Shown here in pieces: positions 47,638-55,448 of a stretch of 64,000 nucleotides of DNA. The notes beneath the pieces are model-generated. The model did no database searches and was not told the DNA's origin. It saw only the letters and a program-made list of their open reading frames with translations. Positions within the stretch are counted from its first letter, which is position 1; every line of letters starts with the position of its first letter. Location of the stretch: contig DATJSI010000085.1 in the NCBI GenBank assembly GCA_035504215.1, positions 5,984 through 69,983 of the forward strand, in the 5' to 3' direction. Source of the DNA: Mycobacteriales bacterium. GTDB taxonomy: Bacteria; Actinomycetota; Actinomycetes; JAFAQI01. A program made the position numbers and the translations under genes.

Positions 47638-48983
47638 CCGATCACGTCGAACGGACGCGAGAAGGCCTCCGAGATTCGCGCGCTGAGCATCTTCGCGCTC
47701 TCAGGGGTGAGGTCCTCGGCGAGCACCACGAACTCGTCGCCGCCGAGGCGAGCGACGGTGTCTCTCGAGCGCACCTGCTCGACCAGCCGGCCGGCTGCCT
47801 GCTGGAGTACCGAGTCACCCACCAGATGCCCGAAGGTGTCATTGACCGCCTTGAACCCGTCCAGGTCGCAGAACAGCACTGTCGTCGTACGCCCATGACG
47901 CTGGGCGCGTGAGACGGCGGCGTCCAGGCGCTGGAGCAGCAACCGGCGATTCGGCAGGCCGGTCAGCGGATCGTGGCTGGCTTGGTGTTGCAGGTCGGCC
48001 TCGCGCTGGCGCCGGTCGCTGATGTCCTCACTGTGGATGAGCAGGAAGCGCGAGCGCGCATCGCCGGGGTCGATCACGGTGGCCGTGAGGCACACCCAGA
48101 TCTGCTGGTCGTCGGCCCGAAGGAATCGGCACTCGAGGCGGAAGTCGCTGAGGGCTCCGTCCCTTGCCTGTTCGAGCGCGGTGCGCAGGGCGCCGGCATC
48201 CTCGGCCGCGATCAGCGCGTCGATCGGGCACTGGATCAGCTCCGGGCTGGAGTAGCCGAGCACCCGGCCGAAGGCGTCGTTCGCGCGCTGGAACCGGCCG
48301 AGCTCGGCCGGGTTGAGGCTGACCAGCGCCATGCCGGTCGCCGAGCCGTCGAAGGAGAAGCGGAACGCCGCCTCGCTTGCCGCCAGCCGGGCCTGCTCGC
48401 GTTGCAGGTCCTCGCGCTCGGCGTGTACCTGCTCGGTGAGCCGCGCGCTGGAGATCGCGATTCCGGCCTGCAGCGCGAGGGCCTCGAGCAGCTCTCGCTG
48501 GATCAGGTCCGGGAGCTGACCGCTGTCGGGCACGTCGACGCTCAACAGGCCGACCAGCTCGCCGCCCGGAGCGGTGAGCTGTGCGAACAGCAGGTCGAGC
48601 GGGTGCCAGGCGTCGGGGTCGTCGCTGATCGGCAGGTCTGGGATCCAGACGTTCGAGCGCGGCGTGGTCGCCCGCTGGTGCGGGATGAAGCGCAGGGTTC
48701 CCCATTCGTCCGCCCGCGACATCTCGGCGAAGACCTCTTCCTTGCCCATCGAGGTGCCCAGCAGCTCGCGCGCGGCCTCCTCCGAGCCGGCCACCGCGAC
48801 GACCTCGAACGAGCCGTCCGGGCGCCGCAGGTTGACCGCCGCGACGCCGAAGCCGAGGTACTCCACCACTGCGTTCGCGATCGCATCCAGGGTGTCCGCC
48901 AGGCGCGAGCCCGCGTGGATCCGCGCGCCCAGCCCCGACAGCACGGCGACCAGGTCGCGCTCGGAGGACAGGACGCGGCTCAT
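47490..48983 (-). CDS. GAF / PAS / GGDEF diguanylate cyclase
   Basis: 497 aa: GAF-like N-terminus, PAS, then GGDEF domain (…DPLTGLPNRRLL…RLGGDEFVVLAEDL…ADEAMYRVKSS). ATG at 48983. Confidence 0.85.
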   Translation of the reverse strand: MSRVLSSERDLVAVLSGLGARIHAGSRLADTLDAIANAVVEYLGFGVAAVNLRRPDGSFEVVAVAGSEEAARELLGTSMGKEEVFAEMSRADEWGTLRFIPHQRATTPRSNVWIPDLPISDDPDAWHPLDLLFAQLTAPGGELVGLLSVDVPDSGQLPDLIQRELLEALALQAGIAISSARLTEQVHAEREDLQREQARLAASEAAFRFSFDGSATGMALVSLNPAELGRFQRANDAFGRVLGYSSPELIQCPIDALIAAEDAGALRTALEQARDGALSDFRLECRFLRADDQQIWVCLTATVIDPGDARSRFLLIHSEDISDRRQREADLQHQASHDPLTGLPNRRLLLQRLDAAVSRAQRHGRTTTVLFCDLDGFKAVNDTFGHLVGDSVLQQAAGRLVEQVRSRDTVARLGGDEFVVLAEDLTPESAKMLSARISEAFSRPFDVIGYSLGVSTGLEAITASTPSGLAVLRAADEAMYRVKSSERSAGDQANPCA

Positions 48984-49077
48984 GCCCTAGAACATCGGCA
49001 CGGCGCGCAACGAGGTGCAGCATCGCCGGCGCCTCGCCGGTGCCGAGCCCGCGCGCCAGATCAGGCCGTTCTAGGGC
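48984..49077 (-). promoter_or_regulatory. nested-helix structured element abutting the start codon of the GAF-PAS-GGDEF gene
   Basis: Outer 10-bp perfect inverted repeat GCCCTAGAAC (48984-48993) / GTTCTAGGGC (49068-49077). Inner GGCGCGC (49002-49008) / GCGCGCC (49051-49057). Apical CCGGCG-cct-CGCCGG (49026-49040). Confidence 0.4.
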
Positions 49078-49183
49078 AGACCGGACAATCCGTCGACCCG
49101 CGCCGGGCCCAACCCGGCGGTGCCGTACGGTATCCCGCGTGACCGGCGACGCCCCCGACATCGGACGCTCGGGCCGCTAGCCG

Positions 49184-50374
49184 ATGGGGTTCGACGAGCT
49201 CTGGTCGGCGCTCGATCCGGTCGGCAGGGATCCGCGAACCGGTGGCTACCGGCGGTACGCGTGGACCGACCAGGATCAGGAGCTTCGCGAATGGTTCGCC
49301 GCCGAGTGCGGCGCGAGAGGGCTCGACCTGACCGTCGATCGGGCCGGCAACCAATGGGCGTGGTGGGGCGACCCCGACCAGGCTGCCCGCGCCGGCCGGC
49401 CTGGAGTCGTCACGGGCTCGCACCTGGACTCGGTGCCGGACGGCGGTGCCTACGACGGACCGCTGGGCGTCGTCTCCGGTCTGCTGGCGATCGACACCTT
49501 GCGCGCCAAGCGCTTCGAGCCCACGCGGCCGATCGGCGTCGCGTGCTTCTCCGACGAGGAGGGCGCCCGATTCGGGGTTGCCTGTGTCGGTTCGCGGCTG
49601 GTTACCGGCGCGCTCGAGCCGGACCGCGCCCGGGCGCTTGCGGATGACGACGGCACCAGCCTGGCCGATGCGATGGCTCGAGCCGGCCAGCGGCCGGACG
49701 CGGTCGGGCGCGACGACGAAGCCCTGGCCCGGGTCGGCTGCTTCGTCGAGCTGCACGTCGAGCAAGGACGGGATCTCGTCGACCGGGACCGCAGCGTCGG
49801 CGTCGCCTCGGCGATCCTTCCCCACGGGCGATGGCGGCTCGACCTGGTCGGCGAGGCAAACCATGCCGGCACGACCCGGCTCGCAGACCGCAAGGACCCG
49901 ATGCTCGCGCTCGCCGCAGTCGTCGCGACTGCCCGGCGGGAGGCCGAGCAGCGCGGTTGTCTCGCGACGGTCGGCAAGGTCGTGGTCGACCCGAACGGTG
50001 TCAATGCGATCCCCTCCCGTGTGACGGCGTGGCTGGATGCGAGGGGCGAGGACGTCGACCAGGTGCGCGCGCTGGTCGAGCACGTCGGGCGGGCCGCAGG
50101 TGTGCGCGCCACCGAGGAGTCGTTCACCTCCGCGACCCGCTTCGATCCCTCGCTTGCCGAGCGGCTCGCGCAGCATCTGCAGGATGCGCCCATCCTCGCT
50201 ACCGGGGCCGGACACGACGCCGGCATCCTCGCTGCGGCCGGCATCCCGTCCGCGATGCTGTTCGTGCGCAACCCCAGCGGGGTCTCGCACTCACCGAGCG
50301 AGCATGCCGAACGCACCGACTGCCTGGCAGGCATCGACGCACTGGCGGCCGTAGTGGAGGATCTGGCCCGATGA
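49184..50374 (+). CDS. M20-family amidohydrolase (allantoate amidohydrolase / N-carbamoyl-amino-acid hydrolase type)
   Basis: 396 aa: ...GGYRRYAWTDQDQELREWFAAECGARGLDLTVDRAGNQWAWWG...VVTGSHLDSVPDGGAYDGPLGVVSGLLAID... Confidence 0.85.
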   Translation: MGFDELWSALDPVGRDPRTGGYRRYAWTDQDQELREWFAAECGARGLDLTVDRAGNQWAWWGDPDQAARAGRPGVVTGSHLDSVPDGGAYDGPLGVVSGLLAIDTLRAKRFEPTRPIGVACFSDEEGARFGVACVGSRLVTGALEPDRARALADDDGTSLADAMARAGQRPDAVGRDDEALARVGCFVELHVEQGRDLVDRDRSVGVASAILPHGRWRLDLVGEANHAGTTRLADRKDPMLALAAVVATARREAEQRGCLATVGKVVVDPNGVNAIPSRVTAWLDARGEDVDQVRALVEHVGRAAGVRATEESFTSATRFDPSLAERLAQHLQDAPILATGAGHDAGILAAAGIPSAMLFVRNPSGVSHSPSEHAERTDCLAGIDALAAVVEDLAR

Positions 50375-51684
50375 AGTGGTTCGCGCAGTGCGCCTGGCTG
50401 CCAACCGGCGTCGCCCGCGACGTGCTGATCGAAGCCGATCAGGGCCGCCTCACGGCGATCGAGCCCGGGGGTGCTCCCGGCGATGCGAGCCGGCTGCCGG
50501 GCATCGTCGTACCTGGATTCGCCAACGGTCACAGCCATGCCTTCCACCGCGCGCTGCGCGGGCGAACCCAAGCCGGCGGCGGCACCTTCTGGACCTGGCG
50601 CGAGGCGATGTACTCGGTCGCCGGCCGGTTGGACCCCGACTCCTACCTGGCGCTCGCCCGCGCGACGTACGCCGAGATGGTGCTGTCCGGTATCACCAGC
50701 GTGGGGGAGTTCCACTACCTGCACCACGCGCCCGGAGGCGAGCGGTACGCCGAAGAGAACGTGATGGCCGAGGCGCTGCGCCAGGCGGCCTCGGACGCGG
50801 GCATCCGGATGACCCTGCTCGACACCTGTTACCTCACCGGCGGACTCGAGGCCGGCGGGCACAAGCCCCTCGCCGGGCCACAACTGCGATTCAGCGACGG
50901 GGATGTCGGGCGCTGGGCGGAGCGGGTCGAGCAACTGGCCGAGTCGGACGGGATGCGGGTAGGGGTCGCGATCCACTCCGTGCGTGCGGTGCCGAGAGCG
51001 TCACTGGGTGCGGTGAGCTTCGTGGCCGCCGGCCGGCCGTTACACGCACATGTGTCGGAGCAACCGGCCGAGAACGCGGCCTGCCAGGCCTATTACGGAG
51101 CGACCGCCACCACGCTCCTCGACGACGAAGGTGCGCTCGGCCCGACGACCACGGCCGTACACGCCACCCACCTCACCGACGGCGACGTCGAGTTGCTCGG
51201 GCACGCCCGAACCACGATCTGCTTCTGCCCGACCACCGAGCGCGACCTGGCGGACGGGATCGGTCCGGCGACTCGGCTGCGTGCGGCCGGCTGCCCGATC
51301 ACGGTCGGCACCGACCAGCATGCGATGACCGACCTGCTCGAAGAGGCCCGGGCGCTCGAGATGGACGAGCGGCTGGCAAGCGGCGAGCGCGGACGGTTCA
51401 CCCCCGCCGAGCTTCTGACCGCCATGACCGGGCACGCCGCCGTCGGCTGGCCCGAGGCCGGCCGGCTCGAGGTCGGCGCCGCGGCAGATCTCGTCGCGGT
51501 CCGGCTGGACACGGTACGCACCGCAGGCTGTGCTCCCGAGCAGGCACTGCTCGCCGCCACCGCCGCCGACGTCGACACAGTCATCGTCGCGGGCCGTCCG
51601 GTCGTCGAAGGGGGCGCCCACCGGCTGGGCGACGTCGCCGCGCTGCTCGCCGCATCGATCGAGCCGATGTGGGTAGGTGGCTGA
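50371..51684 (+). CDS. hutF: formimidoylglutamate deiminase
   Basis: ATG 50371 (ATGA overlap): MKWFAQCAWLPTGVARDVLIEADQGRLTAIEPGG...GIVVPGFANGHSHAFHRALRGRTQ...GTFWTWREAMY..., an amidohydrolase-superfamily HutF-like N-terminus. Confidence 0.8.
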   Translation: MKWFAQCAWLPTGVARDVLIEADQGRLTAIEPGGAPGDASRLPGIVVPGFANGHSHAFHRALRGRTQAGGGTFWTWREAMYSVAGRLDPDSYLALARATYAEMVLSGITSVGEFHYLHHAPGGERYAEENVMAEALRQAASDAGIRMTLLDTCYLTGGLEAGGHKPLAGPQLRFSDGDVGRWAERVEQLAESDGMRVGVAIHSVRAVPRASLGAVSFVAAGRPLHAHVSEQPAENAACQAYYGATATTLLDDEGALGPTTTAVHATHLTDGDVELLGHARTTICFCPTTERDLADGIGPATRLRAAGCPITVGTDQHAMTDLLEEARALEMDERLASGERGRFTPAELLTAMTGHAAVGWPEAGRLEVGAAADLVAVRLDTVRTAGCAPEQALLAATAADVDTVIVAGRPVVEGGAHRLGDVAALLAASIEPMWVGG

Positions 51685-51729
51685 GCGGGCATAACGTGGC
51701 CCGGAGATCGTCGACGAAGCGGGCAGCGA

Positions 51730-52602
51730 ATGAACCTCGGCGTACACGTGTCGAACTTCACCTGGTCGGGTGGGCCGGCGGAGCTCGCGCGCGACCTGAC
51801 CAACGTCGCGATTGCCGCCGAGGACAACGGCTTCCACAAGCTCAGCGTGATGGACCACATGTGGCAGATCGGTCACATCGGCCCGCCGGAGCACGAGATG
51901 CTCGAGGCCTACACGACGCTCGGCTATCTCGCCGCGCGTACGTCGAAGATCGACCTGCTCGCCTGGGTGACAGCGGTGGTCTACCGCGAGCCCGGCCTGC
52001 TCGCGAAGGCGGTGACGACGCTCGACGTGCTGTCCGAGGGCCGGGCGTACCTGGGCATCGGCGCTGCCTGGTTCGAGGACGAGGCCCGCGGGCTCGGCCT
52101 GACCTTCCCATCGACCTCGGAGCGTTTCGAGCGGCTCGAGGAGGCGCTGCAGATCTGCCTGCAGATGTGGAGCGACGACGACGGCCCGTACGACGGCAAG
52201 CATTACCGGCTGGCCCGGACGCTCTGCTCACCGCAGCCGCTGCGCCGGCCGCATCCTCCGATCATGATCGGCGGCAGCGGCGAGCGAAAGACGCTGCGGC
52301 TGGTCGCGCAATACGCCCAGGCGTGCAACCTCTTCATGTCGCCGGACCTGCCGCACAAGCTCGACGTCCTCCGCGCCCACTGCGAGACGGTCGGTCGCGA
52401 CTACGACGAGATCGAGAAGACGGTCATGGGACCGCTCGACCCGGGGCCGGACGGGTCGAAGGTCGACGGCCTGCTCACCAGCTTGCGCGAGCTCGCCGCG
52501 CTCGGTATCACCCACTACCACGGCTCGGTACCCGAGGTCGCAACGCTCAAGCCGCTCGAACTGCTGGGCGACCAGGTGGTGCCGGTGGTCGCCGAGTTCT
52601 GA
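51730..52602 (+). CDS. LLM class F420-dependent oxidoreductase
   Basis: 290 aa: MNLGVHVSNFTWSGGPAELARDLTNVAIAAEDNGFHKLSVMDHMWQIGHIGPPEHEMLEAYTTLGYLAARTSKIDL... Confidence 0.8.
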   Translation: MNLGVHVSNFTWSGGPAELARDLTNVAIAAEDNGFHKLSVMDHMWQIGHIGPPEHEMLEAYTTLGYLAARTSKIDLLAWVTAVVYREPGLLAKAVTTLDVLSEGRAYLGIGAAWFEDEARGLGLTFPSTSERFERLEEALQICLQMWSDDDGPYDGKHYRLARTLCSPQPLRRPHPPIMIGGSGERKTLRLVAQYAQACNLFMSPDLPHKLDVLRAHCETVGRDYDEIEKTVMGPLDPGPDGSKVDGLLTSLRELAALGITHYHGSVPEVATLKPLELLGDQVVPVVAEF

Positions 52603-52669
52603 AAAAAGGTCCGCCGACTACTCCGGATGCCACACACGGGCACTCATCCGGCAATAACCTGGTCTGAGC

Positions 52670-53155
52670 ATGAGGCTCTACCACCAGACCAACAATCCGA
52701 CCGCGGTCCTGCCCGGAGCGCCTGCCGAGTACGACGACGTCGAGCTCGTGCTGTCCCGTACCAGTGCCCGGTCGAAGGACGCTGACGTCGTCATCCGGAT
52801 CGAGCTGCCTGATGCCGATATCGATCGGCTGGCCTCGCATGGTGCGGGGCGGTGGATCACTACCAACGCCGAGCTGCGCAGGCTGGGCGCCGAGGTCGAC
52901 TGCGCGTCCGAGGCCGACCGCGAGCGGGCCTCGGTCTACGAGCTGGCGGTGGAGCGCCGCAAGACCGTTCAGACCATCCTTCGACTCCGGCAGTACATCG
53001 ACCACGCCGAGGACCGGCCGGAGGCCTCCCGGTACACGCTGATGCTGCGCGCCCACCAGGACGTGCTCACCGATCTCGACAACGCGATCGAGGAGGGCGC
53101 TCGCCGGTACGGCGTGCGGCACCTCGACTCCTATCAGCATCAGCTGAGCGCCTGA
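52670..53155 (+). CDS. hypothetical protein (no family recognised)
   Basis: 161-aa ORF with host-like G/C third-position bias; predicted helical C-terminal half (…ASVYELAVERRKTVQTILRLRQYIDHAEDRPEASRYTLMLRAHQDVLTDLDNAIEEGARRYG…). Confidence 0.5.
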   Translation: MRLYHQTNNPTAVLPGAPAEYDDVELVLSRTSARSKDADVVIRIELPDADIDRLASHGAGRWITTNAELRRLGAEVDCASEADRERASVYELAVERRKTVQTILRLRQYIDHAEDRPEASRYTLMLRAHQDVLTDLDNAIEEGARRYGVRHLDSYQHQLSA

Positions 53156-53180
53156 CCGACTGAGCGTCGCGCCCGACGGG

Positions 53181-53957
53181 TCAGCTCTGCGTCGCCGGCG
53201 TCTGGTTCTTGAACGCCGCTTGGGCCAGCGGATGGTCGGCATCGAGCACGAGTGGCTTACCCGCGTCAGCAGCCGCCTCCGCCTGGGCATGGATCGGTGC
53301 GTTCGCAGCGGACCACAGCACCGAGACCCGCCCATCTCCGCTTCCGCGGCGGGAAACCGGCGCGACGGCGACCTCGGCGCCGTTCGTGTCGTTCACGAAC
53401 AAGGTGAAGTCGTCCTGCTTGAAGGTCGTGATGTCGATGATCGGCTTCGGGTAGTGGTGGTAGCCGGAGCCGGCCATGAGGACGCCCGTGTGCAGCTCGG
53501 CAGGAAGCGGTACGCACGCGTTGAACAACCCGTCAGTCCATGCCTGGACACCGTTCGCGTCGACGATCGGCGTCGTCAGCAAGGTCTCGGCGTCGGCGTA
53601 CCCGAGGGCGGCGTAGCCGGGCAGGGTCTGCGGGAAGCCGGCGCAGAGCCGGGCGGCGTACTGACGGAGCAGGTCGACCTTCGCCGGATCGGCGCAGAAC
53701 TGCGCGGACCACTCGATTCCCGCCAGGCCGAGGAGCAGCAACCAGCCGGTGTCGTCCTTGACCCAGACCCCGCCGCCGTGGTGGTCCTGGTACGGCGGGT
53801 CGCCGAAGAACCAGGGTTGGGTCTGAGCGACCAGCTTGATCATCGCGGCCCGGCTGGCCCGGTACGCAGGGGTGTCCTCGCGCTCGGGGTGGTCGCCGAC
53901 GTCAATGGTCCAGGGGTGGTCTTCTGACTCGGTGTGCACACCGCTCGATCCGGTCAT
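53181..53957 (-). CDS. hypothetical protein (no family recognised)
   Basis: ATG 53957 preceded by AGGAGG, within track ORF 53181..53999. Sequence MTGSSGVHTESEDHPWTIDVGDHPEREDTPAYRASRAAMIKLVAQTQPWFFGDPPYQDHHGGGVWVKDDTGW... Confidence 0.55.
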   Translation of the reverse strand: MTGSSGVHTESEDHPWTIDVGDHPEREDTPAYRASRAAMIKLVAQTQPWFFGDPPYQDHHGGGVWVKDDTGWLLLLGLAGIEWSAQFCADPAKVDLLRQYAARLCAGFPQTLPGYAALGYADAETLLTTPIVDANGVQAWTDGLFNACVPLPAELHTGVLMAGSGYHHYPKPIIDITTFKQDDFTLFVNDTNGAEVAVAPVSRRGSGDGRVSVLWSAANAPIHAQAEAAADAGKPLVLDADHPLAQAAFKNQTPATQS

Positions 53958-54013
53958 GGCAGCCTCCTGACTGCCAGGCACCGTAGCCGCGGCGCGCAAG
54001 CCGCGCTAGCGGG

Positions 54014-54523
54014 TCAGTAGCCGTAGCCTCCGCCACCGCCGCTGCTGCTCGAGGAGCTGCTCGGCGCGGGTGCCGGGGTGCCGGACCCGGTGATCGGGTT
54101 GCCGCTCGCGTTCAGCGCCCACCAGGTGCCCCAGGTGTCCTTCTCGCCCTGGCCGTGCGTCTGGCCCGGCGCCGAGTCGTTCGTGAACGTGAAGGCAGGA
54201 TGGCCGTTGATCACGACCTGGCTGCCGCCCTTCATCACCGGCGGCCAGAACGCCTGGCAGGAGGCGTCGCATTTCTGGTTGCTGGCGGTGTCGCCGACGA
54301 GCTCGTAGATCGTGAGGCCCTTCGAGTCGACCAGCACCTTGCCGAGGCTGGTCGAGTGGGTCTGCAGGCTGGCCGGCGCGACATTCGTGCCCGGCGCAAT
54401 CGTCGACCCGCCGCCACCACCGCCGCTCCCGCCGCTGCTGCTGCTCCCACACGCGGCCGCGGTCAGGGCGAGCGCGGCGAGCGCCGCCCCCGTGCCCCAC
54501 TTGCCGATGCTGTTCACGGTCAT
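54014..54523 (-). CDS. lipoprotein with COG4315-like repeat (Y-x-[FWY]-x-x-D type)
   Basis: Lipobox LALTAAAC. Gly/Ser linker. ...LGKVLVDSKGLTIYELVGD...CDASCQAFWPPV...INGHPAFTFTNDSAPGQTHGQGEKDTWGTWWAL...; Ser/Gly-rich tail ending GGGGGYGY. Confidence 0.7.
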   Translation of the reverse strand: MTVNSIGKWGTGAALAALALTAAACGSSSSGGSGGGGGGSTIAPGTNVAPASLQTHSTSLGKVLVDSKGLTIYELVGDTASNQKCDASCQAFWPPVMKGGSQVVINGHPAFTFTNDSAPGQTHGQGEKDTWGTWWALNASGNPITGSGTPAPAPSSSSSSSGGGGGYGY

Positions 54524-54655
54524 CTCCTACCCGTCTGTCACTGACCGCGGTTGCTGCGGCCCCACCCCTCTCACGGACCGGCAGGCACCGCGGTTCGACC
54601 GGGCACGGGCAAGCATGGCGAGGTCGTTCTGCGCGCTCTCGCCTAGCCTTTTCCC

Positions 54656-55294
54656 GTGGCGGCGGACTGGGTGACCATCTCCTCGCTCGCGACCGCGGGC
54701 GGGACGTTGGTGCTGGCGCTCGCCACCTTCTCGTCGACTCGCTCGGCCAACCGAGCAGCCCGGGTCGCCGAGGAGTCGCTGCTCGCCGGCATCAGGCCGC
54801 TTCTGGTGCCATCCCGGCTCGAGGACGCTGCGCTCAAGGTCGGCTTCGCGGACGGTCACTGGGCGTATGTGCAGGGCTCGTCAGGGACGGCCGAGGTGAC
54901 CAATGACGCGATCTACCTCACGATGTCCTTGCGCAACGTCGGCACCGGCGTCGCCGTCATGCACGGCTGGCGGCTCGAGCCCGACGCCAGTCCCGCGGAC
55001 CTGCGACGGCCCGAGCTCTCGTCGTTTCGGCGACTCACTCGTGACCTCTACCTCGGCCCCGGCGACATCGGCTTCTGGCAAGGGGCGATCAGGGAGCCGA
55101 CCGAGCCGGACTTTCTCGCCGCCCGTAAGGAGATCGAGGCCCGAGAGCGCATCGTCATCTCGCTCCTCTACGGCGACCTGCACGGCGGCCAGCGGATGAT
55201 CAGCTTGTTCTCGTTGCTTCCGCGGGCGGCGGACGACGGCTGGCTTGCCACGATCGGACGGCACTGGAACGTCGACCGGCCGGATCCGCGCTGA
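54656..55294 (+). CDS. hypothetical N-terminally membrane-anchored protein
   Basis: GTG 54656. TM WVTISSLATAGGTLVLALATF followed by ~180 aa with no family I recognise. Confidence 0.5.
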   Translation: MAADWVTISSLATAGGTLVLALATFSSTRSANRAARVAEESLLAGIRPLLVPSRLEDAALKVGFADGHWAYVQGSSGTAEVTNDAIYLTMSLRNVGTGVAVMHGWRLEPDASPADLRRPELSSFRRLTRDLYLGPGDIGFWQGAIREPTEPDFLAARKEIEARERIVISLLYGDLHGGQRMISLFSLLPRAADDGWLATIGRHWNVDRPDPR

Positions 55295-55315
55295 GGATCA
55301 GGCGGTGCCGTTGAG

Positions 55316-55401
55316 TGGGCAAGGGGGGACTTGAACCCCCACGTCCGTTAATAGGACACCAGCACCTCAAGCTGGCGCGTCTGCCATTCCGCCACTTGCC
55401 C
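55316..55401 (-). tRNA. tRNA-Leu (anticodon GAG), type II with long variable arm
   Basis: Folded by hand from the minus-strand sequence GGGCAAGTGGCGGAATGGCAGACGCGCCAGCTTGAGGTGCTGGTGTCCTATTAACGGACGTGGGGGTTCAAGTCCCCCCTTGCCCA. Acceptor GGGCAAG/CTTGCCC, anticodon stem CCAGC/GCTGG with loop TTGAGGT, T-arm GGGGG-TTCAAGT-CCCCC, discriminator A. CCA is not encoded. Confidence 0.9.
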
Positions 55402-55448
55402 TTTGACCGGCCCGGCGAGTCTATAGGAGGGCAACCGAGCGGCCGGGC

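Noticed and set aside
50376-52667. 763-aa plus-strand ORF spanning hutF, the intergenic gap and the LLM oxidoreductase.
   Set aside because: Its composition is extremely Arg-rich. It runs across two well-supported genes in another frame and across their intergenic region, so it is not coding.
52603-55448. Integrated prophage or genomic island at tRNA-Leu.
   Set aside because: I saw no integrase, recombinase, phage structural gene or transposase. I also saw no direct repeat of the tRNA 3' end by eye (only a 7-nt CTTGAAC match near 53205). Base composition looks like the rest of the window. I kept it only as a low-interest orphan-gene observation.
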